DNA from: an uncultured Candidatus Saccharibacteria bacterium
GTDB lineage: Bacteria; Patescibacteriota; CALEFQ01
Assembly: GCA_965230955.1 (NCBI GenBank)
Contig: OZ246404.1
Location: 500,995 to 564,994, forward strand
Direction: 5' to 3'
Length of the DNA stretch: 64,000 bases
This document shows, piece after piece, positions 19,947-29,791 of the stretch. Below the pieces are notes generated by a model, which saw only the letters and a program-made list of their open reading frames with translations, made no database searches and had not been told where the DNA came from. The position numbers were made by a program, and so were the translations under genes. Within the stretch, counting starts at the first letter, position 1, and every line of letters begins with the position of its first letter.

Positions 19947-21474
19947 TTTCAGACAATTTTTATCGAATCAGCGCTTGTTTTTATTCTGGGGCGGTTTGCT
20001 TATTTGGTTACTGGCCATGTGGGTGTTTAACTTTGATCTTTTGGGTGCGGCGGCCGGCTTTCTTTTGTATTTCGCTCTCGTCTATAAAATTTCTCAGAAA
20101 TACATTTTATTGGCGTGTGCCGCCTTTGGTGCCGCCAGTTTAGTTAGTTTTTTTATTGTCGGCTTGGATTCGGTCGTTGGAAATTATTCCCTAATCATAG
20201 CCTTCTTTTTGTTAGCAATATCGGTTTTGATAATTATGCGCGAATCGCTTATCAAGCGGCCCCGCTGGGTGATTGATTTTTCCGGTCGCCAAACAGCTTG
20301 GCTGGCGGTAATAATTTTGATTTTCATTGCTTTTTTCATTGTTCAACCGGTCTTGAGCCAACCGGGGTATTCATTTTCCGGTGATTTTTCTTTTCCTTTC
20401 TCTTTGGAGAATTACTGGCAAAACCGAATCAATACCTGGAGTGTTTCTCACAGTGCTAGCGTCTTTGGAGACTTGGGGCATCTGTTTTATCTCAGTCCCG
20501 GGATTGGGCTGGCACTGGCCAGTGGAGGAGGAATGGCGCTGCTATTAAAAATTTTAATTGTTATTCCTTTTATCGTTTCCGGGCTGGGTATGTTTTTTCT
20601 GGCTCGAATGATTTTTCGGTCAATCTATCCCGGATTAAACAAATATATAGTCCCGGCGGCGCTGGTCGCGGCTGTCATTTATCAATTTAATCCCTGGGTC
20701 CTCGATCATCAGCCCCATTATTTTTTGCTGGTCGGGTATTCATTTTTGCCGTTAACGCTGATGTTTGCCGTGCTGGCCTGGGAAAAACAACGATTTCTTT
20801 GGATTTTTCTGGCCGCTTTGTTTTTTGCAATCACGACCGTGACCCCTCATTACATGGTTTATACGGCGATCGTTTTACTGATAGTATTTTTGATCTATCT
20901 CGTGGCCGATATCTGGCGTCGACGCTGGGCGCTGGCCGGAAAGCGATTTGTAATCAGTATTATGCTTTTATTACTGGCCATTATTTTTTCATCTTTTTGG
21001 CTTTGGCCGCTCGTTAGCGTGCAACTTGATACCGGTGAAAAATTAGCACCTGATTACGTATTGCGAGTGGATGATATCGTGGCCGCCAATTCTAATTTGT
21101 CAGTGGAAGCCGTATTTCAATTAAGCACGCCGGATCTGAAAAATACCGACAGCCAATGGCTCTGGCGTTTGGCGGCCTTTAGCCTGCCGGCCCTGGCCCT
21201 GACCGGTTTTGTTCTGAATTATAAGCGTCGCTGGGCCTTAACTCTGTTGATTTTACTTCTGGCCGCCTGGGTTATTCCATTGGTATTTTTGTTTTTACCT
21301 GGAGTCTATTCCGATCTGATATATCGACTGCCTTTTTCATGGATTCTGCATGATCCCAGCCGAACGCTTGGCTTGGCTTGCCTCGGGTACGGACTGCTGA
21401 TTGGTCTGTTTATCCTTCGCCTGACGGATCACTGGTCCAAAAAAATGTCAGTTAAAGATAATTATGCTAAATAA
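19936..21474 (+). CDS. polytopic membrane protein (about 14 TM) resembling the TM core of a YfhO-like GT-C enzyme, no ecto-domain
   Basis: All-hydrophobic 512 aa. Loop motif SGDFSFPFSLENYWQN, which parallels the first-loop motifs of the two upstream proteins. ATG 19936 overlaps the upstream stop. Confidence 0.45.
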   Translation: MPSNFRQFLSNQRLFLFWGGLLIWLLAMWVFNFDLLGAAAGFLLYFALVYKISQKYILLACAAFGAASLVSFFIVGLDSVVGNYSLIIAFFLLAISVLIIMRESLIKRPRWVIDFSGRQTAWLAVIILIFIAFFIVQPVLSQPGYSFSGDFSFPFSLENYWQNRINTWSVSHSASVFGDLGHLFYLSPGIGLALASGGGMALLLKILIVIPFIVSGLGMFFLARMIFRSIYPGLNKYIVPAALVAAVIYQFNPWVLDHQPHYFLLVGYSFLPLTLMFAVLAWEKQRFLWIFLAALFFAITTVTPHYMVYTAIVLLIVFLIYLVADIWRRRWALAGKRFVISIMLLLLAIIFSSFWLWPLVSVQLDTGEKLAPDYVLRVDDIVAANSNLSVEAVFQLSTPDLKNTDSQWLWRLAAFSLPALALTGFVLNYKRRWALTLLILLLAAWVIPLVFLFLPGVYSDLIYRLPFSWILHDPSRTLGLACLGYGLLIGLFILRLTDHWSKKMSVKDNYAK

Positions 21475-23821
21475 ACCAACAGCCATACAGCTTTTTATGT
21501 TTCTCGTCGGTGCAATCGCGACGCTATTATTGATTTGGGCCGCGCCTGTCTATCTTAATTTTTGGGTACCGGATTTCTCCCCGAAAGTTTTACCGGCAGA
21601 ATTTGAACACGAGAGCCAGCTACAGTTATCGGACAGCGGAACTGGTCGGTATCTTAATTTGCCGGTTGTCTTCAATGCTAAGCAATTTGAATGGAGTAAT
21701 GAAAAAAAAGTCTATGATTTTCCGGCTTTTCTTTCAAACAAACCTTCTTTCTCCTCTCAAAATAGCTATGCCAGAAATTTTTTACTTTTTTTGCAAGAAA
21801 AATGGCAACAAGGGCAGAGACTCAGTCCTTATTTCAATCTAGCCGGGGTCAGTCGAATTGTATTTCGAACTGATTTGAAAAATAATGAATTGTCCGAACC
21901 GGACAAGATGAAATTGCGAGAGGTATTATTGAGGGACGATGGCTTGACCAGTGGCGAACGCCGAGGATTCATCACGGAATTCACCAATGCTTCGCCCAAT
22001 GAAATTGTTTATGCCAATGAACAGACTTTATTGGTTTGGGGCGGTCTAGATACTATACAAAGCCTCCGAGCGGCCCAAAATTTTGATCCGGCTAAAACCA
22101 ATTTATTGTTTGCTCATCAGTATCTGAATCCTGGCCAAATCGAAAGGTTGGCTGATTTTTCCGATGCTCTGGTGATAAAGAACGGTACCCGTCGCGATGA
22201 TCTGATCCCCAGTTTTATTGATCCTGATTTTTTCATCCGCCCGTATAATTACCTCAATTCGCTGGAAAATCAGACCTCTTGGAACAAGGCCAGCGTTTAT
22301 GAGCCTTTGCATGGCGAATGGCACAAAACATTGCGCGAGAGTCTTCAATTGCAAGATTGGGACTTTGATTACGGTCAGGGGCTGGTTTATTCGATGAGAT
22401 CGGGAGAAGGAGAATCTTTTTTCCCGACAGTAATGAATCTGGATTTCCAAGTCCGGGAACCGGGCGATTATTATTTATTGATCAGGCAGTTTGTCAACAA
22501 TCGCGGCGAGCAGATGTCTTATCGAATCGACAACTCTGATCGTAAAAAAATAAGCAGCTATTCACCGATCGGGCAATGGCAATGGCAAAAAGTCGAGACT
22601 GTCTCGTTAACAGCCGGCCAGCACAAAATAACTCTGGAGAACACCGATGGATTTTATGCCGTCAATTTGATGGCTTTTGTTCCGAAAGCGGCCTATGACC
22701 GAGCCCTGGAAAAAGTCGATGACTATTTGGCTCAAAAAAAGATTATCTATACCCAGGAGTTAAATGTCGCCCGGCTCTTGGCCGGCATTGAGACTGAATT
22801 ACCGATCAAATCCGGATCGGAGTTTAACCTCTCGTGTCCGACTTCAGAATGTCAAAACTATAACCTGGTTTCCGATAATGACGAAAAAATAATGGCGGCA
22901 TCTGAGTACGTTAAAAAAGATAAATTTGATCTTTTGCGATACTTCCCGGGCGGTTCCTTTGATAAACTGAGGCTGGAATTCAATGAAACGGAATCAGTTT
23001 CCGGGATAACTTTGAAAATTCATGATCCCGCCGGCATTAAGCTGAATATTCAGGATGGGAAAAAATGGTTCGAAATATCTTCCCAGGCAAAAAGTAAGCA
23101 TTTCAGAGTCTTATCCGAGCCTATTGCCGTCAAGCCTGACAGTACCTATGCTTGTGATCTGGAATTTCAGTTGGAAAATATCAAAGATTTGTCGGTCAGA
23201 GTTTTGCAGTATGACAAAATTGATGATATTGGCAAAAATAGTCCGAAACGAAGTGATAAAATTTCAACGAAACTGACCGAGGATAATCAAGCGGTTGTAA
23301 TAATCGACGATATTATAACTCGCCCCGACGTAAACTATGTCGTATTTGAGTTTTCTGCGGAGCAAAATAAATTGAAAGACAGTCGATGGGCATTGACCGA
23401 TTTTGCCCTGGCCAAAGTGGATGACGGGGTCACTGAGAAAACATCGTCAATGGTTATCATGCCGCCAGATTTTGAGTTTTCCAATAAGCAATACCCGATA
23501 ACTTTTGACAAGAACAGCGGCATAAATTATTCGGTTGATTTGCCCGAAAAAACCAGTTTGCTTTTGACTGTCACCGAAAGCTATGACGATTTGTGGCATG
23601 CCGGCTGCGGTACGGATCAATCGTTCGACCATGTCATGAACTATGGATTTATGAATGGGTTTTTGATTGGTGAGGGATGCCCGGGGTCGGTCGAGATTAC
23701 CTACGTCCCGCAAAAATGGTATCGATACGGAATTTGGGCGAGTTTAATATCAATCTTCCTGGGTGCGATTTTTTCCTTAATTCTATGGCGCAAACGGAAA
23801 AATCATGATCACCGCGAATAG
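21464..23821 (+). CDS. bitopic envelope protein: N-terminal TM, about 730 aa ecto-domain ending in a YfhO-C-terminal-like module, then a C-terminal TM anchor with basic tail
   Basis: N-terminal helix LFMFLVGAIATLLLIWAAPVYL. C-terminal SYDDLWHAGCG...NYGFMNGFLIGEGCPGSVEITYVPQKWYRYGIWASLISIFLGAIF...RKRKNH. Contains TAGQHKITLEN motif. Its frame opens directly after a stop at 21422-21424, so it is not a frameshifted continuation. Confidence 0.45.
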   Translation: MLNKPTAIQLFMFLVGAIATLLLIWAAPVYLNFWVPDFSPKVLPAEFEHESQLQLSDSGTGRYLNLPVVFNAKQFEWSNEKKVYDFPAFLSNKPSFSSQNSYARNFLLFLQEKWQQGQRLSPYFNLAGVSRIVFRTDLKNNELSEPDKMKLREVLLRDDGLTSGERRGFITEFTNASPNEIVYANEQTLLVWGGLDTIQSLRAAQNFDPAKTNLLFAHQYLNPGQIERLADFSDALVIKNGTRRDDLIPSFIDPDFFIRPYNYLNSLENQTSWNKASVYEPLHGEWHKTLRESLQLQDWDFDYGQGLVYSMRSGEGESFFPTVMNLDFQVREPGDYYLLIRQFVNNRGEQMSYRIDNSDRKKISSYSPIGQWQWQKVETVSLTAGQHKITLENTDGFYAVNLMAFVPKAAYDRALEKVDDYLAQKKIIYTQELNVARLLAGIETELPIKSGSEFNLSCPTSECQNYNLVSDNDEKIMAASEYVKKDKFDLLRYFPGGSFDKLRLEFNETESVSGITLKIHDPAGIKLNIQDGKKWFEISSQAKSKHFRVLSEPIAVKPDSTYACDLEFQLENIKDLSVRVLQYDKIDDIGKNSPKRSDKISTKLTEDNQAVVIIDDIITRPDVNYVVFEFSAEQNKLKDSRWALTDFALAKVDDGVTEKTSSMVIMPPDFEFSNKQYPITFDKNSGINYSVDLPEKTSLLLTVTESYDDLWHAGCGTDQSFDHVMNYGFMNGFLIGEGCPGSVEITYVPQKWYRYGIWASLISIFLGAIFSLILWRKRKNHDHRE

Positions 23822-24896
23822 AATTTTAGTTATCAAGCGCGACGCTTTGGGCGACGTTATTTCCGTCACCCCGTTTTTAGAAGTTCTGCGTCGTAATTTT
23901 CCCGCAGCCCATATTACTTACCTGGTTGGATCATGGTCGCAAGCTGTCCTGAAAAACAATCCCAGTATCGATGAATTGGTTGTGGTTGATTCTAAAACTT
24001 GGCAGAACCCGATTAAAAAATTCCTGGCCCGGGCTAAATTGGGCAAACGATTGCAGTCGCAAAATTTTGATACAGTGTTTATTCTCCAAGGACCGGCGCC
24101 GTTTCGCTTTTGGGAAAACTTCGCTCTAGCCTTAGGAGCGGTAAATCGATTGGGATTCAAAAAGCACGGAGCCTCTTCCTCCTTGACTGGTTTGATTGAA
24201 TTGCCGGTTTATACCGATCACCTTTTTAAAGTCCTCAGGCGGAATCGGGCTGAATACTATCTAGATTTGCTTATCCGGGCCGGCGTCCGAGATACCACTA
24301 ACGACGGAAATAAGCTGTATGCGACTGCCGAAGACCGACATTTTGCAGAAAATTTTTGGACCAAAAATAATTTGGCCGGTAAAAAAGTCATTACTATCGC
24401 TCCCGGCGGGGCAGTGAATCCCGGGATGAAGCAACTGGCGAAACGCTGGCCGGCAGATTGTTACGCGCAAGCCATAGATCGATTAACCGATCAGCCTTCC
24501 GTCCGGATTGTATTTGTCGGCGGTCCCAGTGATAAATCATTGATCGAAGAAATTACCCGGAAATTGACGCCGATCAAACAACGCCAGATCCTTAATACGG
24601 CCGGATTAACAAATATCCACCAAACGGCCGAATTAATCGCCAGATCAGCGCTATTTATCGGAAATGACTCTGGCACTATCCATATTGCTTCCACGACCAA
24701 AACGCCTATAATTGGCTTGTATGGCCCCACAAACCCTGTGGTTGATGGTCCATATAAGGCCCGGGGTATCAATTTGTTCCATAAAACGTCGTTTTCACCG
24801 TGCTACACCATGGACTGTTCCGGCCACAAACCTTGTATTGAAAATATCACCGTCGAAGAGGTGATTACCACCGCTCAAAAAATCCTAGAACCTTGA
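23805..24896 (+). CDS. GT9 family glycosyltransferase (heptosyltransferase-like)
   Basis: ILVIKRDALGDVISVTPF N-terminal motif and GNDSG...H, typical of WaaC/WaaF/WaaQ-type GT9. 17-nt overlap with upstream gene. Confidence 0.85.
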   Translation: MITANRILVIKRDALGDVISVTPFLEVLRRNFPAAHITYLVGSWSQAVLKNNPSIDELVVVDSKTWQNPIKKFLARAKLGKRLQSQNFDTVFILQGPAPFRFWENFALALGAVNRLGFKKHGASSSLTGLIELPVYTDHLFKVLRRNRAEYYLDLLIRAGVRDTTNDGNKLYATAEDRHFAENFWTKNNLAGKKVITIAPGGAVNPGMKQLAKRWPADCYAQAIDRLTDQPSVRIVFVGGPSDKSLIEEITRKLTPIKQRQILNTAGLTNIHQTAELIARSALFIGNDSGTIHIASTTKTPIIGLYGPTNPVVDGPYKARGINLFHKTSFSPCYTMDCSGHKPCIENITVEEVITTAQKILEP

Positions 24897-24935
24897 TTGT
24901 ATTCCGACTCTTGTTTTTCTTAATATCTTACTCCG

Positions 24936-26402
24936 TTGTCTACCATCAAGCGTGTCGCGAAAAATACACTCTGGCTGACAATCGCCGAAATCGGCGCCAA
25001 GGGACTTGGTTTTGTCATTGCCATTATTATCGCCCGGTATCTCGGTCCGGAGGATTATGGCAGTTATGCTTTTGCCATATCATTCGTGACATTGTTTTTG
25101 GTCTTGGCTGATTTTGGCATGCGGCCCCTGCTGGTGCGTGAAGTGGCGCGAAACAACCAGTTGGCGGAAAAATATCTGGCCAATTTTTTGACTCTCAAAA
25201 TCTGGCTGACTTTTTTGCTTTTCGGCGCCGTGGCGCTGGCCTTGTGGATTTACGGTACGCCGCTAAATTTATTTATCCTAACCATGGTGGCGGCGGTCGA
25301 AATCGGGGTCAATAGCTTTTCGGAAATATTTCGGGGAGTTTTCCAGGCTTTTGAACGCATGAAATTCGAAACCACTTCCCGGATTCTAAATAAGTTTTTG
25401 ATACTCGTTGGGACAATCGCTGTGATTGTTCTGGGCTTGCGCACGCTGTCGATTATGCTGGTTCTGTTAATCGCCGGGATAGTCACGGCCGTCTATACCG
25501 TGATCGTTTGTCGAAAATACTTCGTCAAAATCAAACTGGCCTTTGATAAAGTGTTTATCAAAGAAGCGCTGAAGCAAAGCTTGCTTTTTGCAGTGACGAA
25601 TATTTTTATTTCCATTTATTTCAAGATAGATAGCGTCATGCTGGAAAAAATGCGCTCAGTCACGGAAGTCGGGTACTACAATACCGCCTATGAACTGGTT
25701 TTCGCTTTTATGTTTGTGCCGACTGTATTTTCAGCCGCTGTGTACCCGGTCTTATCACGGTTCTTCAAAGACAGTCCCGGAAAAATCCAAGCTTTGGTGG
25801 CGCGATTCACCAAATACTATTCACTGACGGCGATGGCTCTGGTGGTTTTTCTGATGTTGCTGGGCGGTCCTTTGATAAAATTATTTTTTGGGATTCAGTA
25901 CGAACCATCGATTATACTGTTTCAGCAGTTGGTGGTGGTTTTGGTCTTTGTATTTCTCAATTATCTCGGCGGTACTTTGCTCAATGCCTCGAATAAGCAA
26001 ATTGTTTCCACAATTGCCTCGGGAGTTTGCGCCGGGGTGAATATCGGTCTGAATCTCTGGCTGATCCCGGCCTATGGCGCTTCCGGAGCGGCAGTAGCGA
26101 CGATAATTACGGAAGCGATATTATGCTTGATTACTTTTATATATATTGACCGCCGGCTCTACCGGGTTTTTACCCGAGAAAACTGGTTCAAGGGTTTTAA
26201 AGTTGCCGTTATGGTGGTAGCGACCGGCGTATTGGCTTATTATTTGGCTAAAGTAAACATCTATCTTAGTTCGGTCGCCAGCTTGGGATTGTTTATCGGC
26301 TTGATTTTTGTTCTGCGCCTCTATAATCCGCAAGACCGCGAATATCTCCGAGTAATACTTAGGCGCCCAAACAAAACCGGCCCGGATGAGCCGATCGAAT
26401 AA
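24936..26402 (+). CDS. Wzx-type oligosaccharide/polysaccharide flippase (MOP superfamily)
   Basis: LWLTIAEIGAKGLGFVIAIIIARYLGPEDYG N-terminus; about 14 TM. TTG is the first in-frame start after stop at 24921; no ATG before residue about 61. Confidence 0.8.
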   Translation: MSTIKRVAKNTLWLTIAEIGAKGLGFVIAIIIARYLGPEDYGSYAFAISFVTLFLVLADFGMRPLLVREVARNNQLAEKYLANFLTLKIWLTFLLFGAVALALWIYGTPLNLFILTMVAAVEIGVNSFSEIFRGVFQAFERMKFETTSRILNKFLILVGTIAVIVLGLRTLSIMLVLLIAGIVTAVYTVIVCRKYFVKIKLAFDKVFIKEALKQSLLFAVTNIFISIYFKIDSVMLEKMRSVTEVGYYNTAYELVFAFMFVPTVFSAAVYPVLSRFFKDSPGKIQALVARFTKYYSLTAMALVVFLMLLGGPLIKLFFGIQYEPSIILFQQLVVVLVFVFLNYLGGTLLNASNKQIVSTIASGVCAGVNIGLNLWLIPAYGASGAAVATIITEAILCLITFIYIDRRLYRVFTRENWFKGFKVAVMVVATGVLAYYLAKVNIYLSSVASLGLFIGLIFVLRLYNPQDREYLRVILRRPNKTGPDEPIE

Positions 26403-26436
26403 AGTGTAGTCTGTCACACTTTGAAATCTATTAAAA

Positions 26437-26473
26437 AACCCCGCGAATCTCTGAACTATCAGGACCTGGGGTT
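26437..26473. terminator. putative bidirectional terminator between convergent flippase (+) and GT9 (-) genes
   Basis: aacccc / ggggtt stem enclosing a 25-nt loop, flanked by AAAAAA (plus side) and ATTTTAT; an additional weak hairpin aaagtgt / acacttt sits at 26401-26422 on the flippase stop. Stems are weak. Confidence 0.35.
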
Positions 26474-27503
26474 ATTTTATATACTGTTCAACCGTCCGAA
26501 GAACATCGAGAACCGAAATATTGTCCAGACAGCCATGATTGAAAGTATCACAAATAGTTTTATAGCAAGGATACTTGGGGCAATCCTGGGCGCGGGTCAG
26601 AATAGTATAATGCTCGCACCAAGGATGCCACATTGACGGGTAATCTGTCCCACTGTGCAAATCAATGACCGGCGTGCCGACCGCGGCGGCAATGTGCATC
26701 GGGCCGGAGTCGTTCGAAATATAGAGATCAAGCTCGGCCAATAGTGCAGCCAGTTGACGCAAATCGGTTTGTCCGGCAACGATAAACGCCGGTTTAATCA
26801 ATGTAGATGAAATTTTTTGAGCCAATCCCAGATCGGAATTGCTGCCGGTAATAACAATCGTGCCTTGGTATTTTTCCTGCAATTTTCGCGCCACTTCAGC
26901 AAAACGAGCGATTGGCCAGCGCTTTGCTTCGGTTCCGGCGCCGGGATTAAGTCCGATTATCGGCCGAGGTAGGTCGCGTAGAGAATTGTGAGCTTTTGCT
27001 TGTTCCGCTTCGGTTATCGTCCAAATCAGTCTTGGCTGGCTAATATCGGCGCCCAGTCGCTCCGCCAGACGCAGATTTCGAAGGACGACATGCTCTTGGG
27101 GATTACTTTGCCTGACTTTTGTGGTCAGTAGTTGATCCTTTCCCGGCACGAAGAAACCGATTCTCTGTTTTGCCCCCAAAGCCCAGGATAATAGCCTGAT
27201 TACACGATTGCGACTGCGTCCCAAAACCGCCAAGTCATATTTATTCGACCGTAATTTCCGGAAAGTACTGATTGGCCGGCAGGATTTGGCCTTACCGCGA
27301 TTAAATTGGCGCAGATTTAATGTGTAGATCTGATTAATATCGGAATTAGATTCCAATACCGGCTTGGCCCAGCTCCCGACAACCGCGTCGATTTGCGCAT
27401 CGGGGAAATGTCGGCGCAGTGCGTGAATCATCGGCGTAGCCAGCAAAACATCGCCGATATGATCGGGCTGAATGACTATAATTTTTTTATACCGATCAAT
27501 CAT
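26472..27503 (-). CDS. GT9 family glycosyltransferase (heptosyltransferase-like)
   Basis: IIVIQPDHIGDVLLATPMIHAL...SNDSGPMHIAAAVGTPVI. 8-nt overlap with downstream GT4. Confidence 0.85.
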   Translation of the reverse strand: MIDRYKKIIVIQPDHIGDVLLATPMIHALRRHFPDAQIDAVVGSWAKPVLESNSDINQIYTLNLRQFNRGKAKSCRPISTFRKLRSNKYDLAVLGRSRNRVIRLLSWALGAKQRIGFFVPGKDQLLTTKVRQSNPQEHVVLRNLRLAERLGADISQPRLIWTITEAEQAKAHNSLRDLPRPIIGLNPGAGTEAKRWPIARFAEVARKLQEKYQGTIVITGSNSDLGLAQKISSTLIKPAFIVAGQTDLRQLAALLAELDLYISNDSGPMHIAAAVGTPVIDLHSGTDYPSMWHPWCEHYTILTRAQDCPKYPCYKTICDTFNHGCLDNISVLDVLRTVEQYIK

Positions 27504-28665
27504 GTTTATTCGAAATAATTTCTTTATAGGTGTCCAGTGTCAGACCGGCGGAGCGGGTCCAGGAGAATTTTTCCGCCTGTGATATGCCTCGGGTAATTAA
27601 TTCCCGCCTTAATTTTTCATCATAAATTATTTTTTTCAGTCCGGCGGCAATACTCCCGACACTAAGCGGATCGACGTAGACAGCGGCCGTACCGGCTATT
27701 TCCGGCAGAGATGAAATAGAGCTGGTCACAACCGGCAGACGGTTGCTCATGGCATCCAGCACGGGCAAGCCGAAGCCTTCGGCCAGAGATGGATACACAA
27801 AACCCAGAGCGTTGGAATAGAGCCAGCTTTTTTGGGCCGGGGAAATATAATCGGTGAAAATAATTCTACTTTTAAAATTTTTTGCGCCGGCCAAAATAGA
27901 TTCATATTTCCAGCCGAATTTACCGGCCAAGACCAGTTTCAGAGAATGCTCTTTCTCGGTGGCCAGCGCGAAGGCTTCAATCAGACGGGTCAGATTTTTG
28001 CGAGGCTCGATTGTCCCCACGTACAGCAAGAATTTTCCCGAACAGATTTTTCCCTTCAATGACTCGATTTCCGAACCGGCCGTCGTATCATCGGACCGGG
28101 CCGTGGTCGCGCCTTCGGGTACCACTGAAATTTTGTCGGGAGAAACATCAAATTGCTCGACCACCTGACGCTTGGTGGCCCGCGAGACCGCGATTATTTT
28201 ACTGGCGTGATTTATCGAATTTGGGACCAAGCTGTGGCGCCAAAAATAGTCAGACAAGCCTCCCGGGAACCATTCCGGATGCTCATAGATTATCAAATCA
28301 TGAATCGTAACCACGGTCGGCGGGCGGTAGAAAAGGGGAGTGACATTAGCCGGACCGTGAAATAAATCCAGTTTTTCCGCCAGTAAAAAATTAGCCTGCC
28401 GACGATATTTACCATACGGCCACAAACCGGAGCGCTGCATGGTTTCTCGGGGCCAAAATCTTATCTCCGTCTTCGAGCCCAGATTCAAATTTTTGAGCCA
28501 AGAGGTTTTCTCGATCGCCGGGTGAAAATATAGCTTAAAATCACAAAAGGGATCTTTGATTTTCGCCAAATTTAAAACCAGATGATAGGTATAATGCTCG
28601 ATTCCGGCACCGCCGCCGGTGGGAGAGAGAATTTTTTGGCAGTCAAGGCCGACAACAGGTCGCAT
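27496..28665 (-). CDS. GT4 (group 1) glycosyltransferase
   Basis: LLYVGTIEPRKN...PSLAEGFGLPVLDAMSNRLPVVTS. Confidence 0.85.
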   Translation of the reverse strand: MRPVVGLDCQKILSPTGGGAGIEHYTYHLVLNLAKIKDPFCDFKLYFHPAIEKTSWLKNLNLGSKTEIRFWPRETMQRSGLWPYGKYRRQANFLLAEKLDLFHGPANVTPLFYRPPTVVTIHDLIIYEHPEWFPGGLSDYFWRHSLVPNSINHASKIIAVSRATKRQVVEQFDVSPDKISVVPEGATTARSDDTTAGSEIESLKGKICSGKFLLYVGTIEPRKNLTRLIEAFALATEKEHSLKLVLAGKFGWKYESILAGAKNFKSRIIFTDYISPAQKSWLYSNALGFVYPSLAEGFGLPVLDAMSNRLPVVTSSISSLPEIAGTAAVYVDPLSVGSIAAGLKKIIYDEKLRRELITRGISQAEKFSWTRSAGLTLDTYKEIISNKHD

Positions 28666-29790
28666 TTATTTTTTTAATAACTTTTTGAAAAAATTATCCG
28701 TCCGTTCCGCCAGCTTTTCATTGGTAAAGAGGCTCCGGACTCTGGCCAGACCGGCTTGTCCAAGTTTTTCCGCCAGCCCTGGATCGGCCTGGAGTTGTTT
28801 TAAGTGCGCGGCCAGCTTATTCACGTCGCCTTCGGGGAAAATCAAGCCCGCGCTGTCAATCACGTTCGGAATCTCTCCCGAAGCGCTGCCGATAACCGGC
28901 ACGCCGCAAGCCATGGCCTCGATCAAGACTCGGCCGAATTGTTCCTTCCATTTAGCGGTGGCGATTGACGGTAAAACCAGCGCGTCGAAGAGATTGAAAT
29001 ATTGGGGCATTTCTTCGTACTTGATCGCGGGAATGAACTTGACTTGCCGGTCCAATCGTAATTTTTGGCTCAAACCCTCCAGTGCTGCCCGCTCCGGGCC
29101 GTTCCCGATCAGAAGTAGGGTGGTGTTTTCCGGCAAAAGTGCCAGGGCCTGCATTATGGTAGCAATATTTTTCTCCGGCAACAGTCGACCGACATAACCA
29201 ATGATGAATCGGGCCTCGAGTTTTAGCTTCTCTCTCAAGCAGGTAGCGTCTTGCGGTTGGAAAAAATCGGGATCGATTCCGTATTGTGGTATCACTTCCA
29301 CCGGCTTTTTATAGCCGTTTTTTTGTAAAATTTCGCGGCCGTCTTGATTGCCGACGATAGCGCCGTCGGATTGCCGGTATACCCGGGTCTCAATTTCCTT
29401 TTTCCAGCCTTGATAAATTTGGCGTATATTTTCCCAGGTGAAAAAAACAAATCTGGCTCCCTGTCGGTGCGCGATATGGCAGACCTGATTGGTAACCTGC
29501 GCCTGAGGTTCTTCTTCGGCATAAATTAAGTCGGGCTTGATCTTCTTGGCGACAGACGACAGCCCCAAATAAAAATGGCTACGCAATCGCGGCCGCAGTA
29601 AACAAGTCAAAGCCAGGACTGTCAGATTGCCTTTCTGGCGATTCGCCCCGCGGACCAATTGCTGTCCGCCTTCCAGCCACGCTTTGGGAATGATCAGCCA
29701 AACCTTGTGACCGAGCTTATTCGCCAAAAAATCAAATTTTTGCTGATAACGCTCGATGACAGCCGAATGAGAGATGACTAAAATCTTCAT
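28666..29790 (-). CDS. GT4 (group 1) glycosyltransferase
   Basis: GYVGRLLPEKN...PSIATAKWKEQFGRVLIEAMACGVPVIGS. Confidence 0.85.
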   Translation of the reverse strand: MKILVISHSAVIERYQQKFDFLANKLGHKVWLIIPKAWLEGGQQLVRGANRQKGNLTVLALTCLLRPRLRSHFYLGLSSVAKKIKPDLIYAEEEPQAQVTNQVCHIAHRQGARFVFFTWENIRQIYQGWKKEIETRVYRQSDGAIVGNQDGREILQKNGYKKPVEVIPQYGIDPDFFQPQDATCLREKLKLEARFIIGYVGRLLPEKNIATIMQALALLPENTTLLLIGNGPERAALEGLSQKLRLDRQVKFIPAIKYEEMPQYFNLFDALVLPSIATAKWKEQFGRVLIEAMACGVPVIGSASGEIPNVIDSAGLIFPEGDVNKLAAHLKQLQADPGLAEKLGQAGLARVRSLFTNEKLAERTDNFFKKLLKK

Positions 29791-29791
29791 A

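Noticed and set aside
21422-21474. Frameshift pseudogene joining 19936-21474 and 21464-23821 into one YfhO-like ORF
   Set aside because: The downstream frame is closed by a stop at 21422-21424 and reopens with its own ATG and a genuine N-terminal TM helix. The 11-nt overlap is like the other coupled gene junctions in this operon. A sequencing frameshift cannot be excluded without reads.
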